Positions 12,651-26,200 of a stretch of DNA of 64,000 nt are shown in pieces; positions within the stretch are counted from its first letter, which is position 1, and every line of letters begins with the position of its first letter. The notes beneath the pieces were generated by a model. That model was given only the letters and a program-made list of their open reading frames with translations, was not told the DNA's origin and did not search any database. A program made the translations under genes and the position numbers. The DNA comes from Pavona decussata. Its lineage: Eukaryota. The stretch covers positions 4,960,001 through 5,024,000 of the forward strand of contig CDRNST010000036.1 in the NCBI GenBank assembly GCA_977016875.1. Reading direction: 5' to 3'.

Positions 12651-13633
12651 ATGGAAGTGTACGATTATGATTAGCCGTTGTAAAATTAATGACGGTGAAA
12701 GACACGTAACGCGCGAGGTAACATTATCCGCGAAAAATTCGATACCCTCTAAAAATAACTTTAGAGGGATTACGATGGGGATAGGGCCTATATGAGCGAT
12801 TACCTCTCTTACCTTCATCCTCTCTTGATAAGGCCTATTTAAAATGAAGACATTGTTGAAGCACAACCTTTGTAGTTTACTGTGTTAAAATATTTCTGGC
12901 GGCAAGTTTTCAAGCACAGGGAGTGTATATTTGGCTAGACGGCTGGTTTAGGAACTTGAAGAACTGCACATTTACAGAAGTAAAATACGGAATTGTTCGT
13001 CGTTTGTTACTTAGCGCGTGGGAAGATAGTTCGGTTACCAGGTCCCACGCGGTTTTGATCACGCCTTAGTTTGTCAGAGTCACGCAGTTACAAGGAACTT
13101 TCTCCGTTTAAAAAGAGTTACTGGCGCTGCAGATCAGATCACAGTGGTAAGTCCTCCTTAGCGAGTTTTTTCGAATTCAGGGCTAGAATAAACTGCTAGT
13201 TTATAGCAATTTCATAAACATTTATACTGCGATGCGAAAATCACATAGCTGATCTCTGCTGCTAACTTTGACCTCTTCTAAGTGAATTTATACCATCTTT
13301 GCTTGATAATTCTTAAGTAATTGCCTTTCCTGTCTTAAAAACTCAAGCAATAGATGAATTAAAGCTTAGAAATACTCTGACTTTTGGTATTTCCTGGCTG
13401 TTGTATTTTTGAAAGTAGCCGAAGCAGAATAATGTAAACAGTTTCCTATTACACAACTAACGGCAAAATGTGCCTAATCCTGACTTCTACATGTGTAAAA
13501 ATACATGAGTTGACAAAATCATACAAAATGTTATCCTACTAAGTTCAACAGAGAATAAGCTACTATTAGCAATTTCTGTACAGCTTATAGAAAACATATT
13601 CTTTGTCGCAAGTGATAATTTAACAAAGGACTT

Positions 13634-14911
13634 TCAGATCTAGAAAACTCAGACCCCCCAATTCTGGAAAACTCAGACCTAGAAAACACAGACCCCCTTC
13701 AAACTAGAAATCTCAGAAGAAAAAGAGGTTGGAAATTGGAATACATTTTCATTGCGGTGAAATATTATACGCTATATTTGTACAGTGTCTGCCTTTTATT
13801 ATTTTACAACTAATTGCAAGATAACGGGAAAGATTACAATAATTTCCTGTTTCGTCTCATGACACGAATTTGCTCTTTATGAGAATGAATCGACTGATTG
13901 GCTTTTGTAAATTTCTAAAATAATAAAATATTTTATATTTAAAAGAATCACGGCTCGTGTCAAATTGTCCACAGTGACAATCGCCTCACTTGACAAGAAA
14001 ACTCAGACCCCCCAATTCTGGAAAACTCAGACCCCCTTCAAAACTCAGAAAAATAAATAAACGTGAAGAGAGAATAAAGCAAAAACAGAAACATGAAACC
14101 ACCAAACCGCGCCAAAATGTCATGTGCTGTTCACGTCGCGTGACCGTCACACAACGCCGCACACATGACAGAGTAAAATGATTTTTTAACACAATCTGTG
14201 GATTACAAACACTTAACATCGATTTTTTTGTTAGCACCAAACCGACACAATTTTAGTCCTTGAGATATTTAGGGGTATCATGATTTGGATTTTGCTTTAT
14301 TCTCTCTTCGAATAAAAAGCCAATTTCGTGTCACGAGACGACAGGAACGGAGTGTTGTTATCTTTCCCGTTATCTTGCAATAATAAAAGGCAGTCACTGT
14401 ATAGCGTATAAAAAAATGAATTCCATTTTCCAACCACGTTTATTTCTTTTTCCCAGTTTCATTGTTTGAAGGGGGTCTGAGTTTTCCAGAATTGGGGGGT
14501 CTGAGTTTTTTAGGTCTGAGTTTTCCAGAATTGGGGGGGTCTGAGTTTTCTTGTCAAGTGAGGCGATTGTCACTGTAGACAATTTGACACGAGCCGTGAT
14601 TTTTTAAGTTTAAAATATTTTATTATTTTAGAAATTTACAAATGCCAATCAGTCGATTTATTCTCATAAAGAGCAAATTCGTGTCATGAGACGAAACAGG
14701 AAACATTGTTGTTATCTTTCCCGTTATCTTAAAGGCAGACACTGTACAAATATAGCGTATAATCACCGTAATGAAAATGTATTCCAATTTCCAACCTTTT
14801 TTTCTTCTGAGATTTCCACATGTAGTTTGAAGGGGGTCTGAGTTTTTTAGGTCTGAGTTTTCCAGAATTGGGGGGTCTGAGTTTTCTAGGTCTGAGTTTT
14901 CTAGACACCCC
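13634..14911. mobile_element. Inverted-repeat element D with GAAAACTCAGACC sub-repeats, nested in A
   Basis: About 13634-14044 is inverted relative to about 14464-14895. Both arms carry clusters of gaaaactcagacc(ccc). Right terminus is ...ctagacacccc; the left terminus is eroded. Confidence 0.85.
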
Positions 14912-17910
14912 TTGATTTGTAGCGTGACGGCCGTTGTTCGTTTCACAGGCTCTCCTCGTGTCAAAGTACCCTTCACATTTTGGTCTCTCGACGGGGTACT
15001 TTTGCATTGCCGCCAGAAATATTTTAACACAGTAAACTACAAAGGTTGTGCTTCAACAATGTCTTCATTTTAAATTCAAACTTGACGTACCAATTAGGTT
15101 TCTTTTGTGTTGAAATTGGATGAAATTTGCTAAATTTTTAAACTGCCGAAATGGGGTTTCTGCTAACGGCCGAAGCATTTCCAATTTTCAAGCTTATCTA
15201 AATTTAACTAGTGCATTATGAAGAAGAGAGATGTGTCTATATTTTGTAAACATTAATGGAGGACATCGCGTTTCTTTCTACGAGCGAGATGAAAATGGGT
15301 AATTTTCAGTACGTTTCGTGACCAAAAGGACGCTAATTTGCCGTATTTCAAACTTTGCCCGATTTCGAAAAAAATAACACGCTGACGAAACTTTTAACGT
15401 TATTTTTGAAAATACTCCACTATAAAGATTATATGGGCAAAATGTGAAGGAATTCGAAATTTCACGACTGACGCCCGATTTTTGATAATTTCAGAAATCG
15501 GCTCTTAATAAAGAAAAAAACATTGTAAAGGATGGCGAACTATGAATTCCAGAGTTTCAGTTGACACACTTGCAGTCACACATGCTCAGGCTCACATGTC
15601 CAGCAAGCTGATCTTAAATGGCAGAACGAAAAAAAACCTAATCCACTCGTTATCAATGCCATTCTGAAAAAAAGAAATAAATTTCCAATCTACTTTGCAA
15701 TTGCCACACAGTGCTTCCTTCCACCAGAATTGCTTGGAAGAGAGAATGACATTTGCCCATGGTAGATTGTCACGTGACTACTACACAAATATCCTCTGAC
15801 CTGCAACTGGAAATGACCGATTTGTCATGCCAGACAAGAATTACTGTTCTCTGCTGACCTTTTAGCTTTGTCATGTATATATATTATTTGCAGGATTCCT
15901 TGGTCTAAAATTGTACTTGCTCCTTGTGAAAAAAATTATTACTGTGTTTTAATTAGCATCACGCCGCTCTTCATTGCAACTGAAATTAGTTTTCCTTGCT
16001 ACGTTACTTTTCATCCTGAGGGTGGGATGGGTACGGCAGGGAAGGATACTCCCTCATTTGGAGGGATCGCAAAATTAATATGCTGCTTTCAAGGTCTCTT
16101 GTCTTCAGAGAAACGACTTCACTACCTTAGTGAAAGTCTTAAGCGGAGCATCTTCTTAAGTTTATTTGGAATTCATGAAAACTGAATCCTTTACTTATCG
16201 TCCCGAAGTAGATTCAAGGCAAACTTTAATACCAGTCGCAAATTATTCAGGAAAGTCAGGGTTTATGGGACCAACAACACCTCCTGACTCGAAACTAGCT
16301 TACACGAAACAAACTACTTTAGTTCAGTTCTTGACCTCCAGATATTTTGAAATAGCAAAATTCTGCTAATCCATTACTAAAATCTGAATCATGAAATCAG
16401 TGATTGTTTACAAAGCGGGAACATTATCTTCTTTAAAAAGCGTTCTTTTTATATACCAAATCAATTACAATAATTAAATTGAGTGGAATAAGTCAGGTAT
16501 AGGCTCTCGTCTTTCTCTCATATCTTCTTAGCTATGCACGGAATTATGCTTCCAATCAGCAATCACGCAAGAAACCTCATCAACTATTAAACCAATTGAC
16601 AGACCATTCGTGTAATTCTACACGTGTAATGTTCTTCTCAATTCAGTTTTAAGATGTGTAATGGCGTTTCAACACAAATTTTTAATTGTGTAAGGTTGTG
16701 TTTGTGATAGCTTTACATTTTGTCTTAACAATGGGAATTGGATTTAAAAGCAAAGACGATACACTCTGCGATAATCCTCGTTCCGTGAGAGGAACAAAGT
16801 TTATTCTCGTAGGATAATCCGTAAATCCTCTTTTCGGCCACAGCCAGGGTAACCAACTGGAAACTGAACGATCAACAATGAAATGCTACCACGGGGGTAT
16901 TTATAAACTAATAACAAAAAACTCCCGAATTACAGTCACTGAAATCACCAGAAATGTCAAGTGAAACTTTAAAGCTTTGATCACAAAAACTACCCATAAC
17001 ACTGATCTTATTTATGCTGCACTCAGAAATCCTGAAAGCAATCTTTTTGGTTCGCTAGCCGAACCAGTAAAACAAACTCATTCAATACCGGATGTGCTAT
17101 GAGGTTTTTGTTTCATTAAGGTCAAAAACGTATTTGAAGTTACCAAGCTCTATACATCTTAAAGTTCTATCCTACTCAGACGGAATGTATGACGTGATGG
17201 TTTTGTGAAAATCTTTAAGGCCTGCCCACCGACTCATCATTATTTGTTAAGTATTGTATCGAAACATTTTGATTGTTTTCACAGTTCAGAGCGCGCCTTC
17301 TTGATTTTTCTTGTGAACAATTACTTTAAACCAATACAGTACTGAGAAAATAGAAGGTTCAGACACTTTCAGGAACCAACTTTTGAGCAAGAAAACAAGC
17401 CTAGACCTTCTTAACCCCTCTTTGGTTTCTTAAAAAAAATAAAACGAGGAAGAAGTACTTCATTTGTCAATCGAGTGTTTTGTTACGTCAGCGCCAACCG
17501 CTAATCTGTGTCTCGAAGGAAACCGATTACTGACACACGCAAAACATTGTACTTAGGATTATGAATGAACAAAGTAACTGTTGGGTTTCATGCCCCCCTT
17601 TAGCTCCAGCTTCCGCATTGACGTAAATTCGCCAAAGGCACTGACTGCTAACCGGAATAACGTAAACGTATAGTCATTTGTAAATTGTAAAGTTATATAC
17701 TGATTGTTTTAAGATATCTAAAAATTTAGGGAGCGGCAATGCAATGAGTGTACCTAAAAGTTTTATTGCAGCTTTTTAAATCATAAATTAGCCAATAAAA
17801 GCGACAATGATAACTACCGTGCTGGCGTCATTAAATTCATGATGCACTAATTACTTTTATGGCCTCTTTCGGCGACATCATAAGGTTTCATTGCATCGTT
17901 AACCCGTCTG

Positions 17911-18091
17911 AATCAGAGATTTAAAACCCAGCGTAGAGTACTCCTACAATCAGGGATTGTAAACCTAGAGTAGAACACTCCTACAATCAGGGATTGTAAA
18001 CCCAGCGTAGACTAGCTACTCCTGCAATCAGAGATTGTAAACCGGCCCAGCGTAGAGTACTCCTACAATTAGAGATTGTAAACCCAGCGTA
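17911..18091 (+). repeat. Minisatellite, about 38-41-bp unit x about 4.5
   Basis: Repeated aacccagcgtagagtactcctacaatcagggattgta. Units contain a TACAATC-nnn-GATTGTA type hairpin. Confidence 0.9.
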
Positions 18092-20128
18092 AAAAGGGTA
18101 CTCCCCTTCCTTTGGTGTTTGAGTCAGTATCTAACATTGAGTGCAAACATTTAAGCTTGACTCGTGAAAAAAATTTCCTTACTTACTAATACGCTAGGTA
18201 TGATCATGGCTTGTTTTAGACTTTCAAGTTGCGGAAAAGGAGCGGAATGCCTCGAGCAAAAGAATTTGCAACGTACTGAGAGACTTGTCTCGAGAGCGAA
18301 AGAAGCATTGATCGACCTTCAGGCACTGGCAGACACCCAGCACTCTCGTTCGCTTTGTATCTTTTCACTGCAGCTTTTTATAGGTTTTTCCCATGGAACA
18401 AGTTCACGAACACCTAAAAATACATCCCGGATAAGTGTAAAGTCTCGACTTACGTCACCAAGGGCAAGCACCCTGGTGGTTTTCCCCTTTTATTTTATAA
18501 CTTACTTGAGCGAGAAAGAGTATGGTTCTTGGGTCGTTTCATTTTTCTTGGAGATTTACCATAGTTGGTCAGTCTGAATTATGATGGGTCTCTCGCCGTT
18601 TCTTCTACTCTGACAGTTTGAGTCAAGTAGAGATTTTTGCCATGTTCGATTGCTCGACCGTGATAAGGAAACAGTTTAAAGCACGGAAATTAGGCAATCT
18701 GATGGGAAAGATGGATTAAAGGAAACAACAAAAATGAGGAAGACTCGAGGGCACGCACGCCATGATCCATTTCGGTGAATCTGATGTCATTGCCGGAAGG
18801 TCTCAATCACGCGCCATTTGAATACTAAGGACAATTTGTAAATCAAAATGAACCTTCCACGACTTATGCCTGATGATTCATCTGCAACTGAGAATCTAAC
18901 ATTCCTATCGCCTGTCCAACTGAACGGAAAACATATGGCTTAGGCTATCTTTTTCATTGTTATTGGAAAAGTAGCATCTGTGAGGTCTCCTTTTTACCTT
19001 TAAACAACATCGCCAACTGCGAGGCTTCGATTGCTTTCTAAACCACTTGTTGCGCTGTAATAATATTTTGAAAGCGGACTTCATGGTAAGAGCGTGTTGA
19101 AAAGGAGCTTTTGCGCGGATAAATCGACTCCGTCAACAATTTGGCACTCTATTTTCCACGCGACAAACCATTATGCCATCGATTAGCACTCCAACGAAAA
19201 GCGACATCAAACAAACAATCGATTAATTACTTCAGTAGAACGACTTGCCGACAAAACACACCGCCTGAGGCAAGGTAAAAGACATGACCCTGATTGGAAT
19301 GATCTATGACGACGAATTGGACATAAAAAATATCAACACTTTTCGAAAATTAAGCGCATGTTTGCCTGCCTTGCATTCACTGCTTTTAATAGATCAGAAA
19401 TAGTTTCATCTTGATCATGAAGTTGCGAAATTTATCAGACAACAAAAATAGGTTTTTCAAAGGTCATCTGGAAAAGCATTTATAAGAAAATATCCAACAT
19501 ACAGCTCAGACTTCTCAGGTCATCAAGTAAGCGGAGAAAGAAAAATTACTCGCATTGCGATTTAATGATTTCACTTCTGCTTACTGTAATAATCGCCAGG
19601 AAAAATAAAACCTTATACTCACAGGAAAAGACGTGATAGCAAAACAACACTAGTGGGGTATTGCAAAAGTTGTTTTAGCGGAGTAACAGCTTGTTCAGAC
19701 GTGTTGTTTTCAAATTATCGCTTTGCCAGCTGTCCGTCGCTGAATCCTTACCAGGAATTCGTCATCGCTCATGGAATTTTCTAGCCTGTCTATTTTGTCT
19801 GGCTAATTACGCTAAACACCGGAAATTTCATGCTGGAAAAATGCCCGCTGATTGGACAATCACCGGGTGATAACGTACTCGTATTCCCACGCTCCCCGGG
19901 TGAATATGGCGGTACTTTGATGACGGTCATGTTGTTCGTCATAGGAGTGTTTGCTGGTATTTCCGAACCGAGTGATGACTGTGGTATAAAATAAATCTAA
20001 TTATCACGGTTAATTGATATAATCAAAAGATAGTCTTCATCATATATATCGACACATCTTGTAAAGTCGTTGCCACTTGGGACCCGACTCGGTGTGCAGT
20101 GTTTGACAAATCAGAGTTTTAAACTGTC

Positions 20129-20279
20129 ATGATACAGGCAGGAATGCACGCAAATGGAAATCTCTCTTCTCGTGCTAACGCTTTCTCAGTTGAGTCGCTG
20201 ATTTCCTCCGAGCAAGCGAACCAGCAGACGGCGCCAGGGATGGCTACAGGCCGAAAATCGCCTGACAGTTCTTGCCAAG
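20129..20279 (+). CDS. Tbx15/18/22: Tbx15/18/22 exon 1 (eh1 motif FSVESLI)
   Basis: [28 protein letters not shown]...; donor G|GTTAGT. An alternative start ATG lies at 20144. Confidence 0.85.
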
Positions 20280-23200
20280 GTTAGTGCGCGCGCTTCATAA
20301 ACACAATCGGGTGGTCGCTGAAGACACACACGTTTTAACATTCCGTACGTTTATTCCTTTGCTCTCTCTTCATCTTAGATCCGGCTACCGAAGCCTTGGG
20401 TTCAATGCAAGCCATGCAGAGCCGTGTTGAAGCTACAGAGACTTTGGAAGGCGAAGAAATCACTGTAGAATTACAAATGAGAGATTTGTGGCAGCGTTTC
20501 TTTGAGCTTGGCACCGAGATGATAATTACGAAAGCCGGCAGGTAGGATAACAACTTTTTAATTCTTGATATCAATGCTGGACTTAAAAACAGATTGTCTT
20601 CAGGCTGGTGCCGAGAAAGTATATTCCTTGAGTGTCGCTGATTGTAGTAAAGAACCACGTTGCAAAAACATGACTGAAATAAGTTATTTAATAGCTAGTA
20701 ACTTACCATCTGTCTATCACTGGGCGTTTCTTGAGTGCTACAAAACAGACCTGAGATTCCCTTTGAGTCAATCACTGTGAATATTCGTAGTTCTAGGTCC
20801 CGCAAGGTACATGCAAACTTCAAAGAATACAGCTTGTTGATCCTCAAGGTGCGAATGTACGGAAATAGTAGGGATTTCTCAAGGGTAAACAACTGATAAG
20901 TACCATTTAAGCTTTTCCGTTTTTTTCTCACTTGTTTCGCATCACTGTGCTGTCGAGGTGATAACAATGCGTGAGTAACGAGTTCACTTCTGTCTAAGCC
21001 CAATGTCCTGTTTTCTTTCTTTCAGTATGGCGCAAGGTGATTGAACTTCAAAAGTAACAAAATTTCAAAATTTAAAATGGCAAAATATTAAACAAGAAAG
21101 TGTTCTTCTCGGAGGACTTTATTGACTTATAGGAAAGTGATTTTTTTTTTAAAAAAAGTTACTTTTTAAACATATAATAACGCCTCATCCGAAAATATAT
21201 GAGTAAGAACCGAAGCACTTTGTAGATCTCGATTTGGTATTGCTTTTAAAATTTCGGAGAAAAATAGATTATCAAAGGAAAAGGAAACGATATTTGGCGT
21301 CCAATTTAATCATTCCAACGAGTTAACTAAAAAGATATCAATGACACTGGCTTATATTATGGAATCTTCGCAACTGAATATTCACTGGCGTGTTCCGTGG
21401 TTGTTTTTTGTAAGGTAGAGAAACACAAATCGAGAAACGCTTCTTTAAAGAATACGTAAAACTTTCAATTTTCCGATTCCGCCGCCACGAGGCAGTGCAA
21501 GTTGCCCAGGACTGATCCGCGTTTATTCGTCGGCCGATTGCTTTCTCTGTCGGGGGTTTGAACAATCTGGTTTTTTCCTGAAATCGTTCCAATTGTCGGT
21601 CTCTATTGTTCTGTAGTACAGACTTGAAGATTGTCATCTCCCGCTGGAAAACTCTTTATTAAAAGTACTTATCGTATCAAGAACGGCTTCTAACCAAAAA
21701 AATCGCTTCCTAATTCTCTTGGGTACCATGCACAAATCAATCAACATTTCTATTTTTACGCTCTCTTATCAGTAGAAATGATTTAATGAAATGATTGGGG
21801 TACTTCGCACCTCAAAAAAGCTGCCCCCTTTCAAACCTCGTAGTGATAACCTTTAATAAAACTATTGTGTGACTGAAATATTTCACGTCTAATGAACTTC
21901 GAGATTACCGCGTTACAATACTATGTCGATTTCCAACCTCGCCCTTATCATTAAACGCGAAAAACATTGATTATTACCAAGAAATACAGCCACAACTTGC
22001 ATCCAATTAATTAGGCCGATTCATTTTGAAGGTTATCCGCAATATAACAGTTAAAGAACACGACAAGCTAGCAAACAGAAAGACATTTTGGTAATTACGT
22101 GGGTTGTAAGGTCGAGAGCCTAATTATAAGACGACCACAAGTTGACAAAAATTTCAATATTAGACGTATAAAGTTATTAAAGCAATTACTATGTGCACCT
22201 CTTTGCTCTTTAATAGTTGTCGTACCTCCCTTTAAAACCAGATATTTCTCCAGTATTTCATTTTGTTGTGAGAGTCTGGTGGTAAATCAACACAATAATT
22301 ACAGTTAACGTCGAACCTCTGAGTGGCCCATGCCTTACCGTAAGTGGACCCCTTACCAAAGCGGGCTTCAGACTTGCTATCCAGCTACATACAAACACTA
22401 CATTGATGAATGTCCGCATAAGATGACACCTCGTGAACACCGAGTCCTAGTCCCAGCCACATACAAAGGCTATTTTTCAATCTTCTATTGGTGGACACCG
22501 CTCCTAAGTAGACACCCGGTCATGGTTCCAATGACCTACAAACACCACATTTTCAACCTCCAACAAGTGGACCTTTCCCAGTCAGCCATAAATATTCCGG
22601 CCACATACAAGCAACACATTTTCAACTTTCCATATATAAGCGGATATCAATGCTAAGCTCTTGATATTGTCCCGCGTGTGCCCACTTACAGAAAGGTTAT
22701 TGTATTACAGTATCAGATCCAGACTAAATTGAAATCCACCTTGAGGACAGATTTCTCGGTGTCGCAATCCGTTTTGGATTTCATGTTTTATTGCGAAATC
22801 TTAAATCCGGATTTCAAAATCTAAATCCAGATTTCCCAATCGAATGCACCCTTAAAGGGACAATATCACGCTATTTTTAGCAACACATTGAAAATCGAAA
22901 AGACGCTATTCGGTTGATAGCAGCCAAGATATAATGACCAAAATTCCATCAAACGACTATCAGAATGCCAAGAAACTATCCACGGATATTTTCGCCGGCA
23001 GATGACCAAAATAAGAATGGGTTCAAATTTGAAAACGTCGGGCCGACGTTTTCAATATTCGCTGTCGTAACGCACCAAAAGTCGGTTGTACTATATTTTG
23101 GTTCAGCCTTTCATCTCGGCAGAATTACTATTAATATATCTTTAAATTAGCGATTTAGAAATTAATTGTAACACAGTGTTCATAGTTTAAATTTAGTGAA

Positions 23201-26200
23201 TTTTTGCCCAAAATCATGACTATTTCCCATGATACTGCCCCTTTAAATGTATTTCTAGGAAATCACACAAGTATTCTTTTTAGTAGTAGAATATTACAGT
23301 ATCCTATCGTATCGTACACCTGCACTGATTCTCAAATGATGAAACCTCCGGCGCGTTTACCAAAAGCCCGAAACAAATGTCACGTTCCTACAAAACGTTA
23401 TGTTGATGGTGGCCATTTTCATCAGCTGACTTTGCCGCCTCTTTTGACCTCTTTTCCGCTGGAATTAAATTGTGTGCTTTCAGTTAATGTTATTGGTCAA
23501 CGGTAACAACTGTACTTTTCACTTAAGTGCAAGTCATTTTCCCGTTGATATGGATGTCAGCTTTCTACGTTTTCTTCACTGTAGTACATGTAGTAACAGG
23601 TGTCCCATATTACAAAAAAAAAAATAGCCTCTGTTTTGATATACGTACGCGAGAAAAGCTTTGTTACGCGAAACCTATACTAATATGACAAAAACGTAAA
23701 GCAAGACTATTCTAGAGCAAGCAACTCCTCCGACGATTTCGAAATCTGAGTCTTTAATTAGTGCAAGAGATCAACTATAGGCAGTTCGAGTTTCCACTTA
23801 ATTTTCTCACGTGAGTTCAGAGAGTTCAGGAGTGTTTTTCTAGTCTAATGACACGAGATACCCCTGAGAAAAAGCTATTATTAGCCTCATAGTAAGTAAC
23901 GTTTTTCTCTGTTGTTAATTTTTGGGCCGCAGGCTTGTTGCTGATCGTCCAAAGGCTATCGGTATTACTAAGCCACAGCCCTCGACAAACAAAGACGATT
24001 TTTTGCATGTATTATTTGCCAATACCTCGATGCTCGTTTTCTTCATAAAGTTTTGAAAATGAGCTCATTTGACTGTAACAAGACAGAACCAGTAACAAAG
24101 CCATAATTGAGAATAATATATTATTCTAGAAAGTCATACAGGCACACTCGGAGAAAAGAAATCCGAGTGCTCCTATCAGGAGTCGTTCGTTATCTTAGGT
24201 TCGACTCCTAATAGGAGCACTCGGATTTCTTTTCTTCGAGTATGCCTGTGTCACTTTCTAGAATAACAATCATTCTCATTCATTCACCAGGCTTGAAATA
24301 TACCATCACATTTATTTTTATAAAGCTATAATTTTCTCTTACTTTCCCGAACTCAACAGAGAAAAAAATAATCCCTAGCAACAATGTCAACAGTGAACTT
24401 ATTTCCCCTCCTCTTTTCTAGGCGTATGTTCCCTGCTATTCGTGTCAAGGTGTCGGGATTGGATCCAAAGAGCTGCTACATGCTCATGATGGACGTAGTG
24501 CCTCTGGACAACAAGCGATACAGGTAAACGAATGTCTTCCAACACGTGGTCAAGTCAACTCACCTTTATTTAGGAAGGGTGGCCATTTTAGCACTAGAAC
24601 GGAACCAATAGACAGGGCCGTACCTAGGATTTTTTTTTTTTGGGGGGGGGGGGGGGGGGCAAACCCCGTATACAGACAGGATTTCTAGTTGGAAATGTTT
24701 GTTTTCACCCCTACTCAGAAAGTTGCCTCTAAGACCTTTAAAAAACACACTGAATTCACATTGAAGGGAAATTTTTTCCAGTTAATTAGTCGATTTTCTT
24801 GTGATTTCGGACCAATATAGCTAAAGAAATAGCTCAGCAAACTCAAACACTATGTTGGAAAAAAAATCAGTTTTGCACGTTGCTCCCCCCTCCCCCCCCC
24901 CCCCCCACTATGTACGACCCTGACAGAGGCGCTTTTGCTACTGTGTACATGATCTCGCATCTCGCGATGGTCCGAGAAAGTCGGTTTTTTTTTAACTGAG
25001 GGCCTGCTAAAACAGAGATATTTTTGCGCGCTTTATAACTACGCGGGAAAAGCAAAGAAGATCTTAGCACGGGGCATTGGAATCCGAAAATAAAATTGGG
25101 GATAACCGCGCATTTTGCAGAGATAATTGAGCCCAAATTTGGGGAGAATGCCGCAAGTTTTGTATTTTAGCACTTTTTAAAATTACTATCAACTGAAAAG
25201 CGCGTGGTTACTCGCAATTTTCTTTTTGGATTCCAATAGCCCTTGCTAAGATGTGCTTTTCCCGCATAGTCATGAACTGTGCAAAAATACTTCTGCTCTG
25301 TTAGGAGGCACTGTCCTTAAGTGGGTTAAACAGGAACTCTATTCTCTCAGCACATCTCAAGTAAAGAGAAGGCGTGGTAGTGTAAAGGTAAGAGTGTCGA
25401 ACGCTTGAGTGGAAGGAAAGAAGTTCGTTGATTGATTGAGATTGGGTCAATTTTGTATCGTCTTCTTAGAAGAGAGACTTTATCCAACGTTCTCTTTTTT
25501 TTTTTTTTTTACTATAACCAATTGTATAAATGGGTACTTTGCGGGAACTGATAAGTGGTAAAAGGGCTTATGGTTTTTGTTGCATTGTAGAGAGGACACA
25601 AATTATTATCTATCGTCTCCATCGAGTAGCTAGGCGAGGCCATGCCACACAAATATGACAAGAGTACGCGTCAGGGGGATAGCAAAATTTAACAATTTTT
25701 CGTGGTTGTGTTTTAATAATACAATTCTTCCACTCACGCTTGTTGGATACGAGATGATTATAGCCAGCTCGTATCCAAGGCGCGCTCGTTAAGTACATGT
25801 AGAGAGATGCAATATTTTAGACTGACTTGCGTACTGCCCTTTGTGGCCAGAGGCACACAGGGAGAGAGATGTAATATTGTAGAGAGATAGTTATAATAGG
25901 TATTGTTGCTAGTAGATATTTAATGCATTTCCCTAAAGGACAAATTTGGCTACCTCTCAAATAATCTACCCTGCGCCACATACGGAATTAACCGTCGGCA
26001 ATCAGGGAACTTAAGCACACGTTTTTGATCCACGGACGGCAACCGGAAATTGAATTTTTTTGGAGCGTTTTCACGCCATCGCGTTTGTAAGTTTTAAAAA
26101 CGTTAAGCCACAGTCATCAACAAGAGCTTTTCGTGTCCGTGGTAAGGCACAAAACCACACCAAAAAAGGAAACATTCGACTTCCGGTTGCCGTCCGTGGC

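Larger units (their letters stand above)
10791..12836. mobile_element. TIR element B inserted in the left TIR of element A
   Basis: aagagaggatgagggtaagagaggtaatc...gttatttttag (11293-11370) is inverted to ctaaaaataac...cctctcttgataaggcct (about 12748-12836). The empty site gtttgaatttaaaatg is preserved in A's right TIR. Confidence 0.85.
10360..15504. mobile_element. Non-autonomous DNA transposon A, about 498-bp near-identical TIRs, TTAA target duplication (Kolobok-like)
   Basis: TTAA(10356-10359)-GAGCCGATTTCTGAAATT...AATTTCAGAAATCGGCTC-TTAA(15505-15508). Left TIR is 10360-10789 plus 12838-12905, split by a nested insertion; right TIR is 15007-15504. TTAA TSD with RR..YY termini fits Kolobok better than piggyBac, which usually has CCY termini. 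Confidence 0.85.

Noticed and set aside
12906-13150. Transposase exon inside element A
   Set aside because: It ends in a GTAAGT donor, but every frame has stops and no recognisable motif.
13986-15030. ORFs with LENSDP/KLRPP repeats
   Set aside because: They arise from the GAAAACTCAGACC sub-repeats of element D.
17911-18091. CRISPR-like array of palindromic repeats
   Set aside because: The units are contiguous with no unique spacers, there are no cas genes, and the context is eukaryotic.
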